Assembly (NCBI GenBank): GCA_012295275.1
Contig: CM022665.1
Location: 19,530,001 to 19,594,000, forward strand
Direction of reading: 5' to 3'
DNA from: Chrysomallon squamiferum
Lineage: Eukaryota; Animalia; Mollusca
DNA: 64,000 nt
Shown: positions 20,301 through 33,800 of the stretch, one piece after another
Position numbering within the stretch: position 1 is the stretch's first letter
How the letters are laid out: every line of letters begins with the position of its first letter
Position numbers and translations under genes: made by a program
Notes under the pieces: model-generated
What the model was told of the DNA's origin: nothing
The model's database searches: none
What the model saw: the letters and a program-made list of their open reading frames with translations, nothing else

Positions 20301-23130
20301 TAATTCTTTATAACAAGCCATCATATATGTGGAAGGTATAGAAAAATAACTAATGGATCCACAAATAATGTTCAATCCTACACAATGCTGTATTTAAACA
20401 AATTGTAGAATATATTGAACAGAACATTTTGGTTTTTTTTTTAAATTAAATAAATGTGACAATCTGAAGTATAATATTAAAAAAATAATAATAATAAAAT
20501 GAAGACAATATTAAACTAAAAATATAAACAAACTCAACAATAATAGTAAAAAAAAAATATAAGAAAATTGTACAAATAACCTTTAGTTAGCTAAAAAGCT
20601 AGCAGTTTTTAATGGCTGCACTGTTTTCTCCTGAAACAGTCTTAATAAAAGAAATCAGATTATAGTATAAAAAACATTAACTGAGATATTTTAGTTGCTT
20701 AAGACATTTTCTGCATGAGTGAGAAAATGTTAAAGGAATCTTGGTGGTACCAGTGCTTACATAATGTTTTGATGGCCTTTGCCTACATTCTATGGTTAAT
20801 CAAGCATGGGTGATTCATGAAATTAATGTGATTTACCATCGACATCTGTCTGGAACCAAAACAAATGTGGCATGTGATCTCATTTATATCAGAAATAAAT
20901 AGCTGATGTATGATGGGGAAAAAAAAAAAAAAAAAAAGGTGCAGCTCATTATTTTTTAAAGTCTTAGTAAATGTGTTATTATCTACCAGAAACAATTTAA
21001 AGGAATAAAACTGAATTATAAAAGTTCCAAAATGAAGAAGAAAATTAGACATTTGTGAAAACTAAGACCATAAAACAGCTTTAATATATTAGGTGATTTT
21101 TTAAACTCTAGCATTGTATATACTCTATTGTGTTCATATTGTGAAATCAGTTACAACACGATCAAAATAAGTAACTAATTTCACCATAATTTGATTTTTT
21201 CAAGAAATAAAAAGTGTTTTTGCTTCGATATAAACACCTGATGTGTAGAGCTGCAGGTTTACTCTTTCCTGCTTAACTACTATTACAAAATAAACTGTAT
21301 ATTAAAAACTGTTATTAATTTCTTTAAGAAGAAAACAAGTTTCATTATTCCATGCAATATTACCTGCCAGCCAATTCTTTATCAAGATACTTTGCTGCCA
21401 GTCTAGCACCATAGACTTCACTTTGAAGAGCTAAAATGTATTGACGAAGTTCTGAGTTTTCTTTTCTTAGTTCCTTCAGTTCTGCTTCTAAACGTGAAAT
21501 AGCCATGGCACCAGACTTCCTACTTGCAATTTCAGCTTCCTTTAATGATATAAAAACAATTTAATTTTATCTCAAAATTCATATTGTTTTAATAAAATTC
21601 TTCAAAGGATAGCAAAATTAGCTATTATCTATCCATCCATCTTATCTATCTATCTATCTATCTACATAATGACAAGTGGCAGTGAAACAAATTTAATTCA
21701 AAATTAAAATATCAAATTTTCTCCTAGCTAGCCTAAATGAAAACAGACGGAAGACAGCATTAATGTTCTTCTGATAATCACCTCAAATTTAAAAAATTAA
21801 CAGAACCAATCAATTAGGTTACAAAATATTTTAGAATGTGCATCAGTCTGCACAGATTTCAAAAGTAAATGTGAGTTGCCTATAAACTCTTAACCTTCTA
21901 TTAAGCCTTGGAGTTTGATAGCCTCAAACATATCTGATTTATGCAGGCTGATTAAATGTACTGCACACTGTCAATACTGTGGTGCCATTTTTTTTTAAAG
22001 CGCTGTACATAAAAACATGATCACTGATATGTGACTGTTCTAAAATGGTAATTGAGTTACAGCTAAGTGTATTGTGACTGCTAAAGTTATCACTACTGAT
22101 ACAGAGGTTGTTAAACTGCAATTAATAAAGGATAATAAATAGTTAACAAAGCTTCTTTTGCATTAAACCTTTGGATTCTGGCCATTGTTACATTAACAAA
22201 AGCAAGGGAATCCAAAACAGATCAACAGTTTATGCAATGGCTGATACATAAGGATATGGCCTGAATGTTACAAGCATGCTTCTTAATAACAGTGATGTTC
22301 AGTGTTGCTTGGGAATAAATTGGTACCAGAAAATCAGATCCATATTTTGTGGTAACCTGCAATAAACCAATCATTTATCTGGCAAGCTTGGGACCACAGG
22401 ATACTGGCTAAATATATACTTAATATATAAAACAAACAATGAAAAATAAAGAATGAAACTGTATTCAACAGATACAAATTATTACACTCTTGTAACATAA
22501 ACGTAGCATGCTATCATTACATACCAACTTTCTCTTGATGTCATCTGAATCAACCTCAATTCCCCGTGCAGCATGGACCTCAAGTTGTGATGAATGTAAC
22601 TGGAGCAGCATCATATGAAGCTCTTGTTCCACCACTGACTTGGTAGCATGAACCTCTACTAATTCTGATCTCATATCAACTAACTGTGCCTGCAGAAGAA
22701 AATGTATAAATTGATAAATGTATAAATATTGTTATTTTTTATTATACTGCAGAAGGCATACCATTACTGTAATAAAATAAATACAGATACCTTCTGAAAA
22801 AGTTTAAAGATGAACAGAAATTTTACCCATAAGGCATAACTCAACAGAATACACAAAGACTTAATAATCAAAACAACTGTGAAAAATATTAAACTTTAAA
22901 AAGAATTCCAGTTTTTGTTTTGAATGTCAAAACCTAAGCTAAGAATAAATGTAGACATATGAAGCAAATAATTCAGAAAATTAGAAACAGTATAACATGT
23001 GGTTCCTGTTTGTGCAATGAGCGTTTATTAATCTCAATTTAGAACATTTTGGCTTTTAAGTAAATATAGGTGTCCAAATGTATGCACATCATCTACTTGC
23101 ATTAAACTTATTCTTATAGTAGTGATACTA

Positions 23131-23171
<41 letters not shown>

Positions 23172-23265
23172 ATAAATAATAAATAAATAATAAAATAAAA
23201 AAAATTATTTAATAAACAGAGAAATCTTAAAGTTAACCAAAGTTTACATAAATCATTGTTAAATG

Positions 23266-23296
<31 letters not shown>

Positions 23297-26200
23297 ATAT
23301 TAGTAATATTTCTATATAAGTATATTATTGCGCTTAGAAAAAAATTATATCATTTATTATTTAATAGAAAGGATACTGTTAACATGCTATTAGTAAAAAA
23401 TTGCTACTGCAATAAACTTTATTTCAAATCATTTTTACACAAACCATAATTATTAGCCTGGTTTGTGTGACAAGCAGGGGATGAAAATTAGCCATATTTA
23501 ACACAGATGAAAGATAATAGGCCACAATGTATTTACCACAAGAATGACAGGATAAACTGCTGTAAATCAGATAGTCCTAAACAAATTTCTTGTAGAAAAT
23601 AGTGGGTTTTTTTTCAGAAGACAAATATATATTTCATTTCCCACACCATATATTGGACATAATAATTTGTCAGTTTGTTAAGTAATGCAAAAAGGTCCTT
23701 GAAACACTCATATTTATCTCCAATTTTCAGCTTGCATTCTGTCATGCATAAAGGTTAAAATATTAGTTTTAAAAACTATCAATAAAATCTTAATTATTTT
23801 ACTTAAAAACCTATCTGCTAAACAATTTTTTATATTACCTTATAGTGGGAGTTAAGAAAAAAACATGAATCCTTTGAAATACATTACAGAGTTTATTTCA
23901 TGGCAATAACTTCTTTGAAACAGTCCAGAATATAATCTGATAAGCAATAAAATTAACAAGTGAGTTTCTAACCATTTTCAAAATTTCTTTTTTCTTGTAT
24001 TCCCAGAATGGAACTTTAATCAAGAAATTCAAGGACACTAACTGCTTTGGTTAGACACGCAACAATACTGGCTGAATTCTGTCACCAAGACATGTATGCC
24101 TTTGTGTGAACAGATGATTTCCCTGATCAGGATTGTTCCATTAATTGGTTTATCTCACATCACCTAAACCTGTCAAACTGCTCAAGATTAGCTGTCATAT
24201 TTATTTCCCTTACTGAAATTGGCTGTCTTTCATGTCTCTGACCTTTACTTTGCTGCAAATGATGATGCTGTCATGTCTTTCCTAAGCAATAAATCCTGAG
24301 CATTCACTTGATACTCATGTTTCTCATCAAACCAGTACCAGATTACTGGGAAAATTAATTGAAAGAACAAATGAGTCTTTGAGGCATGTTAAAAAAAAAA
24401 AAAAAAAATTTAGTTCTAAATTTCTTGTTGGAGATTAGGATCATTATTACAGTTAATTATAGGAAGAAAAAAGGTTTTACAATAATATTTAAAACTTACA
24501 ATTTCATTGAAACTTGAAACTGTGATGATTTTATGTTTACAATAAAGTACAGAAGATGTATATAGTTATAGTGATATGATTTAAAATGCATAAATTCTGC
24601 CTTTTTGTAATGTGGCCTTTCATTTCAAGCATGTAAAAAATCAACTGTATATGAACATTTTCTACACTTTCTTATTAAATTACATTATTTCATTATAAAA
24701 AAAAGAACTGAAAAAAGGACTAAATTTGAAATGCAGCTTTTAACTAACAACGATTACAAATATAACTAAAAAACTGGAAGTGATGTTCAACCAGTAACAA
24801 ATATTTTGTACAAGTGTGGGATAATAACCTTTAAATTTAAATCAGCAACATACAAGATAAACAAACTATGGCATACTCAGTACAACTATAGGCTTAGTTA
24901 CCCTTCATGAAAATGTTAATTATGCCATGATCAGTATTTTTCCTCAATTTTAATATTCTGTAGATTGAAATTCAATACAAATTCCAATATTTCAATTTTT
25001 AAGTAATGAAATTTTTGGTCCATTTACATCAACCTAAGAAACTCTCAATCTCAGACACATGAAGCATGGGCATCTACATTTGCCCATGGCCCCTTTAATT
25101 AATGGATCTAATAATTTAAATTTCTGCATTTAAAAAAAAAAAATAATAATAACAATAAAAAAATATATCATTATGTATACACACACACAAACACATAACA
25201 ATTATACTTTCAACTTTAATATATAATATTAAATCCTTCATATTTTACGTGTGGTTGATGTTAATATCCAAGTTACTTCTATTATTCTATTATTGTTATC
25301 TTTTAAAAAAAAAATTATACTTTTTGACCCATAAATGCAGAAATATTTAACTGTCCACTAAACCAACAATTATTTACTTATGTATATCATGTATTTTGTT
25401 TGTAAACATTTTTTGAACATAAGCAGATAATAAAAACAAACACATTGTTTTTTTAGTTGTTTTTTTTTACTAGAAGTGTGCCACAGCAGAGTGAAGAAAA
25501 AAAACCAACAAAATAAACCATAATATTAATAATAATAAAATGCCAAAGTAAAAAAATAAAAATAAAAGAAAATCACCACTCCTCCTCCCAAAGAATTAAA
25601 AGGTTATGTTATGTATGTCCATTACATTATTTACTGTATTTTATTTCTTTTTAATGCAGAAAATTCTGCTAGTTTTCCCATTACTTTCCTGATACTTTTT
25701 ATGCTACAATGATGTATAAAAATTAACAAAATAAATAAAAATGTTCTCATCAATATCCATTAACATCATTACTATTGATATGAATGGTTTTTGATAACTA
25801 GGAAATGTAATGGACTATAGTAAGGATCTGATTCTGATGACAAAAATCTAGGTTCAACTTAAAAGAAGCTCTGTTGTCAAGTCAACATCTAACCAGGACT
25901 TTGAAACAAAATATAATGAACATTTTTAACTCTCCAACAATAAGAAAATCTGTTAAATAAACTGTTTTTGACATGAAATGATCATTGTTAAAACTTATGC
26001 TCTTGTATTAATTTATACATTTTGTTTTTGTAGAAGTTTATAATACTTAGTGAAAATTCTTGAAATACAGTTCTTAATTAATAAAATATATGGATTGAAT
26101 TTTAGAAATTATCTTTGTTGATATGTAACTAACCAAGATTTCATCTTTAAATCTTCTTACCAATTTAATACTCCAGTCACAATTTATATTCATATGGATG

Positions 26201-29200
26201 TATTTTTTTTAAATCCGTTTTTGTTAGAATGGCTGCCTATAATACTGTTCACAGTTAGCTTACAAACAAGTTTTATTTTGTATTAATTTTTTATCTTCAT
26301 TAATTCTATCAGTTACATCATCCTGAATTTGCAATAGAAAAATTTGAAGACTAAGAGTTATTTTACAGATTCAATGAACACATTAAAATATTTTGAGCTT
26401 TAATTTGTGCACAATATTATAGCAAACCTAGTGTGTTGCCTTCCATAAAAAACCACACTCCACTTACAAACAGATAGTCATCATTATTAATACATCAATG
26501 ATGAAGTGATTTTTTTTAAAAATATACATTTTCAGCATAAAGTTTAATATTATGAAATGAATGCAATGTAGATAACTACTTTTTAATTAGATAACAAACA
26601 TACTTTAATATTATTAATTTTTAGATTTAACACTACTGTTAACAATTACCTCTGTTCAAACATAGCTAAAACTAAAACTGTTTTCAATACATGCAAAACA
26701 AATAAGCATTACCAACCCCCAAAATTCTAACAAAAAGGGGATGTGGAAAATAACCGAAAAAACCCAGTCTTGCAGCTGTAAAGAAGATTCATTGATTGTA
26801 AAGTTGTGTCAGAAGAAGCAATATCGTGGAAACATTATAATCAATAAGGAAAGTTATTACTTTAGATTTAATGGTGTTGACTGCAAATAATCTTGAATGG
26901 CATTAACACAAATATGTCTTGTAATCTGAAATGAAAAATGGATCTATAAATATGTTTTCTTGAGTATCTGTATGCATGAAAATATTTGTATATTTTTACA
27001 TAATTTAAAATGATGTCTTCAAAGTATCTTATGTTTTAAGGGATATAAAATGTGATATCTCAGAACACACAATGTAGAGAGGATGGTACAGAATGATGCT
27101 TATATATCAACAAATGTGAAAATTTGAAAACTGACACATCACAAATATTACTTAACACCTATATCAAGTTGACAAATGGTATACTGACAGACTCCCAGAC
27201 AACTACAAAAGAAATATTTTATCAGTTACATGAAATAAATAACTGATAAATTATGCAGTTACAGAACATGTAGATGTTTAACTACAACTACAGTTATTCC
27301 TCTCAAAACTGAACACTTAGTGTAAATCTCAAACAAATGATCAAACAGCACTAATAGCTGCTAATATTCTGTGAACATCATGCTCAGGTTTTCTGTTATC
27401 AGCATGATCAACACTGAGGACACACAGTTGGCAATAAACAGAGGATGAATGGATATATAATTAATTACAATAAGTATATAAAATTCTGGATAAGACAGAA
27501 TTTGGATTTGTGTGTGTGGGGTTTTCCATTTAAAAAAAAAATTAAGTTATGAATTGATTTAAAGTCTCTATGTGGACTAACTCACTGACATGCAGTCTGT
27601 GGATTTCATTGCATATTTCTTGTTAAAATTATTGATATGTTTTTAACTTTTGATATTCTAAATGTTTATGAACCCACAGAATTTGTAACATTCTACTTTT
27701 AAACAGTTTATCACTTTCTTCTTTAATTATGGAAAATATTCAAATAAAGACTGATTTCTGGAAACAAATTATTTTACTTGGCCCCATGAATGTCCAGTAT
27801 TCTGTGGGGTTTCAATGTGTATTTAACATGAACATTAAATTTTATGATACTGAAGTAAGGAATACGGCTTACATTTATAAATATATATATTATATATATG
27901 AATCATGAGACACATGTACATTTTTGTTGTTTTCTATGTTAATCAGTCTGAACCTTTCAAGATAACTGTACTTAAACCATGCCCTTATTGTTCCAATACC
28001 TTTGCCAAAAATCTAACAAAATCCAGTTTATAAGAATGTGCAATCATGAAAGCAACATGTATCAAAATCATCTGATCTAAAACAGATTTTGTTTTTCTTG
28101 GTTAGCAAATAAGAGGTGATCAAAGTGAATTAACCATTAAAAAGTTACATACAAATTTCCTGTTCCAATTATCAGTAACACCTGAGTCGACTAAAGTTGA
28201 TTATATTTACTCTGGCAATTTCTAACTGTTAGCTGTAGTTAAAGTTCAACTAGAATTAAAAAAAATAGTAAATGCTTAGAACTAATCAAATGTTCACAAT
28301 CCGGAAGTACAGATAATAAAGCTTTGTGGAAAATCGCAGTTAACTTATTCACACCTACTGATTTTGTTCCCATATTAAAGCTGATAAAAAGTCAGCAAAT
28401 ATAAATTTAAAAAAATGAAATAATACGTTTTCTGTGTAGATTACCAATTTTGTTGTTTATTTGTTATATCATTTGTTATTTAATTTTATGGCTTTAACTT
28501 TTTAAGATTTGTAAATATTATGTAGTTATTCTCCTTTGAAATGTAAAATTAGCCTACACTGCAGCATGATCTGGGTTTAGTATTTAAAACAAAACCCACT
28601 AATCATGATCAAGAATACAGGTGTATTACTAACATTAGAAAGTAAATCTGAACTCATAGCACACATTTGCAAGTAGTTATTTTAGCATTACAAATTTCTG
28701 TAGTAAAATTGTATCATTTTCTTATATAAACCTATCCATTTGGATTTTATTCTTGTTGGCTTCAGTTCCTTTATTCTTTTAACAACAAAAAATATATTAC
28801 TGTACAGGTACTGAACCTCTTATTTGACTTCAAAAATTTGGAAATATCAGAAAACTGGCCATTTTTTTAAAATGGCTGTTTTGAATTTAATGGGCTTTGT
28901 TTTCATTTTTGTCATATATACTGCACAATGCCAGTTTCAGTATAACAATGACTAAATGGCCAGCAGAAATGCAATTTGCTAGTGGAAAAGCTCAGTATAA
29001 TGAAGAAGGTAGAATTACTTAAGGAACTTGATAAAGATGCTTCAGATTGGCTCTTGAGTAAGGAGTATGGTGTTAGTACATTTATCTATGATAACAACAA
29101 ACAAAAAGAACAAACACTGAAATTCTACAGTGACCGTCGTGTGATTAAATTAATGGAGGAGAAAAAAAAACTTTACATCAGTCACAGATTAGACATGGAA

Positions 29201-32200
29201 ATAAAAATATGAAAAAAGAAAAGAAAAAAAAAAGACTACTTTGGATTATGTAGATATCCTAAAATAAATCCAAGAGAACAAAACAGATTGCCTTTACCCA
29301 AGAAACAAAGTGATAGTTAATGAAATGGACCCAGGAAATTTAATAGAAAATTTCATATACTCATCAGTGCTTTTTATAAGGTAAACATTAAAGACTATGT
29401 CACAAGTACTTCAATTCAGATTCACTTTTCATAACAATCAAATCAATTTTACATTCAACAAAGAGCAGCACCTATTCAATGAAATTACTCTTGATAAATT
29501 TATTTTATTGGTTTTTTAAAAAATAAGAAATAATTTAAATCACCCAGTTTTGTCATGTAGTAGAAATAATACATGATGTAAAAATACAACTTATAAGTAA
29601 GAAACACATAATCAAAATAATTTATTAAACATGTGACAGAAAATTATAATTTATGATGCAGTTCTTCAGGTATCTATGCTATTAAAGTATATATTGTAAC
29701 TCTTATGTATTAGTTTTGATGGATTTTTTATAACTCGTTCTAACATGGATCAGTGAGTGGCAAGGTTTTATTTGATTTCATTAATGTTTTAATTTTCTTG
29801 GTCCACATCTTTGGATTAAGTTCGATAGGTCTAACCTAGACCTATTTCAAGAATTAAACCCACCATTTACTTTGGACAGAAATAAAAGTAAAATTGAATG
29901 GCACAAGGAAATTATGAAACCCACATATTAACACTATTTTAACTATAAGGTATTTGCTATAAATGACTTCTTTAACTATATTTAAATGGTGGGAAAACCA
30001 CTCAACAGATTCAATTATAGTAACAACTGATGACATGATAACATTTTATTACTGAACACTACAGTGGAACCTGCCTAAAATGGTTCACTCAGAAATGTAA
30101 TTTATAAATGGTTACATTTTAATACACAGAGTTATTTCCCTTCAATTACAATGTGCAACAAATGATTAATTTTATCAAATAAATATTTTCCGTTACATAA
30201 CAACATATATTTTCTACTTTATTACAGGCACAAATGCTTTGTATCTTCAACATTTTTCTTTTCTTCTTACACTTTTATATCTGTAAAGGTGAACCAAGAT
30301 GTCAGAGAATTACTAGATAAACAACAAACTCAAGTGCAGTCCTTGTTATCAATGAAAATTTCATCTACTTTGTGTAAAGACTGTGTATCTTGAGTCAAAT
30401 CAAATTACAACATCAAAAATACATTATTTCATCTATCTATAGCCTCCAATGACAAGGGTATTGTCCTTGTTTGTAAACAAAATTAAATAATATGTAAAGC
30501 TTTTGGTTCTACTGCTAACAGAAGAAACAAATTACCATATCCAGTGGAAGAAAATATAAAAATTAACATGTTTTTATTTTTGTTTTGTTAATTATATAGA
30601 ACTTTTGAATACAAACAGAACACCAAAATTATTCTGATATCTTGCTTACTTTACAAGATACAATATTTTGAATACTGACAGACTGCAATAGTATCAGCAA
30701 ATGTGAGCCACTTTCAAATATTCATAACAAACAATAATCTACTTAATTAACAAATGACAGTGACCGATTTATGATCAATTCTACTATTACCCAAGAAGTG
30801 CCTCACAAGGGTGAGCACGCAGTATTAAAAAAAAGCCGACCCCATAAAAACTGAGAAAAACAAGTGTGTATAGTAAAAAATGTGCGAAAACCCCCCTCCC
30901 AGCATTTCTGACAGTGTGTCATTCCATTTCTGATCTGTTGACTGGGATCTAAAAGCCTGAAAGTACTTCACATAGAGAGTACCTGCAAAGTTTTTTGACA
31001 ATGATCATTGTATTCTGACTGATTGTATGACCCTCCAAACATGAGAAAAAGGCCAAAACAGCTTGTGCGGACATGAACAGACGACCATCATACTGTAAAA
31101 CTCATAATTCAGAAACTATTCCATGGATTTGTTTCAAATTTTGAGTGAAACAAGATAATAAACTGTTCTATCATTAACTTCAAATTCATATTATCGAGTT
31201 GATTTTGTACTTGGCATTTACACAATAACTATAAAGTAAAATGCTACTGTAGTGGTAGGCCAGCAGCATGCATACGTTGAACTAATATTATAACAGCTTC
31301 ACATCCAATATTCTTCTGTGTAGACAACTAATACTAGTTCATTCAGTTCTTCTTCCATTAACTAAGTGACTATCTTCAGTTTCTTGTCACTCTGAGTTAT
31401 CTTTAGACTCAGTCCAGATACATCTGCATTTTGTTGTTGGGCTTGATAACACAGTGAAGTACAATGCCTGACATTTTTTTTAATTTTTTTTTTTTTTAAA
31501 TAAAACAGATAATCTGAATTACCAAAATAATATGTTTCAGTAACTAACATTAAAACTGAAGCAAGAAGTAGAAGCCACAGGCTAATTTGCAAGTAACAAT
31601 TGAATTTACCTTCTGCAACATGGCCTGTGGTGAAATTGAATGAAGTTCAAAAGTTAAAACGCAAAAATTATTTTAAAACATAAAGCATATTTTTTTATTC
31701 CTAAACAAAATGAAAGACAAGTCCATAAGACTATGATAGTTGATATCGCAGTTCAATTCAGCAGTAAAATGCAAAGAAACTTCTAAGTGAATTAGGCTGC
31801 CTGTAGATTTGAGATGCTTCAATTATTTTACTATTAGTCTTTTTCAGAGCAGAATATATACCAAACAAATTTAGAAAACAAATTAAATGAATTCCTTGAA
31901 TAAATTTATAAGAAATATTAAGTGATCACAAAAACCTAAATATATATATATATATATAGATAGATAGACATGATGCCAAATTCTATCAAGAACCGAGAAA
32001 GAATGTGCCAATAAACTGTACTGTGCATGTAGGGCGTAGGAAAAAATGGCACTATGCAGATTTGGCACCAGAAAAAAAAAATGTTGTTACTTTTGCATAT
32101 TGACATTTAGTTATTGGTTGTAGGTGAAATCCTGCTTACAAAAACAATTCATAATTGCACATAAAAAGACAGTGCATGAATAATATTTGAGAAAATGATT

Positions 32201-33750
32201 TAATTTCAGAAATAACATAATCCACAGATAATATCATATTTAACAACTGCTGACAGGTCATAATTAAATGGTCAGCCGAAAGAAATATAAACCAGAAACC
32301 ACCCCCCCATATATATATATATATATATATATCTTATGCTATGTTTGAACTGACAAAACATCATTCTGGAGGATATTTTAACTATGGTAAGTATACATTA
32401 GGTACATCTGTATGAATGTGTATGTATAAACATGTCTGTACGTATTAATGTTCTTGTGTGTCTATGTACGCATGCATGTGTATGAATGTGTGTATGTGTG
32501 TATGTGTGTGTGTATGTATATATGTATATGTACACCCACAATTAAGTCCCGCTTAACATCTGCTGGAAACCTTATGGTAACCAAAACCAATTGGTTGAGT
32601 AATGCTATGCAGTGAGTAATGCTATGTATACTGTATTTTTAAATGTGATAATGATGTTGTAATTGTAATATAAAACTGACTGTTACACAAAACCAAGTGG
32701 CTGAGTGATGCTATGTATTAATATGCATGTTTGTAATAATACAGACTGTGTTTTCAAAAGTACTTTTAAGTTTTTTTAAAGCAACCATACAGAAAAAATA
32801 AATAAGGTGCCATTTTTTCAAAATTTGCATAGTGCCATTTCTTCTGGATGCCATTTTTTCCATACCATTTGCACATGACACCATTTTAAGCACAAAAACC
32901 ATCAGTTTCTCAGTGGTAGCTGTTGCTATGTTGGAAAGGGCTGATGCTACCGTAAGTCTTCTGCTTGGCTTAAAATACCATTCAAAAGGAAATTGAACAA
33001 GCTTTTTAATGATATCAGAGATGTTGGGAGTAAATTCATCACAATATAAAGGAATTCAATTTTGAGTCCATGTGCATTGCCAGGAGTGTTTAAAATAATT
33101 TTTTAGGAACTGCGTTATCAAAGAACATCAACCAAATAAAAGATGGTAATCACAAATGTAGACAGCACAAAATGAAAAGAATTATAAGTTATTCTGATAT
33201 CTGATGTTTTTTGTTGCCCTTCAATTCACTCTTAATTAGTTTTATTATTTATTTATTTTAAATAATGAAATTCCTCTAGCCACTAGGCGGAGAATATTAT
33301 CTGATAATTCAATTGTAAACATGGGCATCAGACAACAGTAATGTAAAAGACCAGATGATTACCCAAAACAAAATTCTCAGTTCATATTTTTATTTCAAGA
33401 ATATTACTGATTATTATTATTTTTAAAAACAGCATCAGTATATTAATAATTTAAAAAATAATCTTTAAACTAAGTAAGTATATATGATGTAATAAAGGCT
33501 GAAACATTATAGCTGATATGCAGATGTTATGTGTTAACAGAAAGAAAAGCATGTTTCAACAGCTTTGTTAATAATAAAACAATGACATGAAAAATAATCT
33601 GTATTATCTCAAACTGCAACAACTATTGTACATACTGCTCAGCCAACATAGATATTCTCAGAAAGTTTGATTAATAAACAACATGACAGGATAAACCAAA
33701 ATATTTTCTAAATAAAAATTAACAATATGAATCTTTATACAATTACAAGA

Positions 33751-33800
<50 letters not shown>

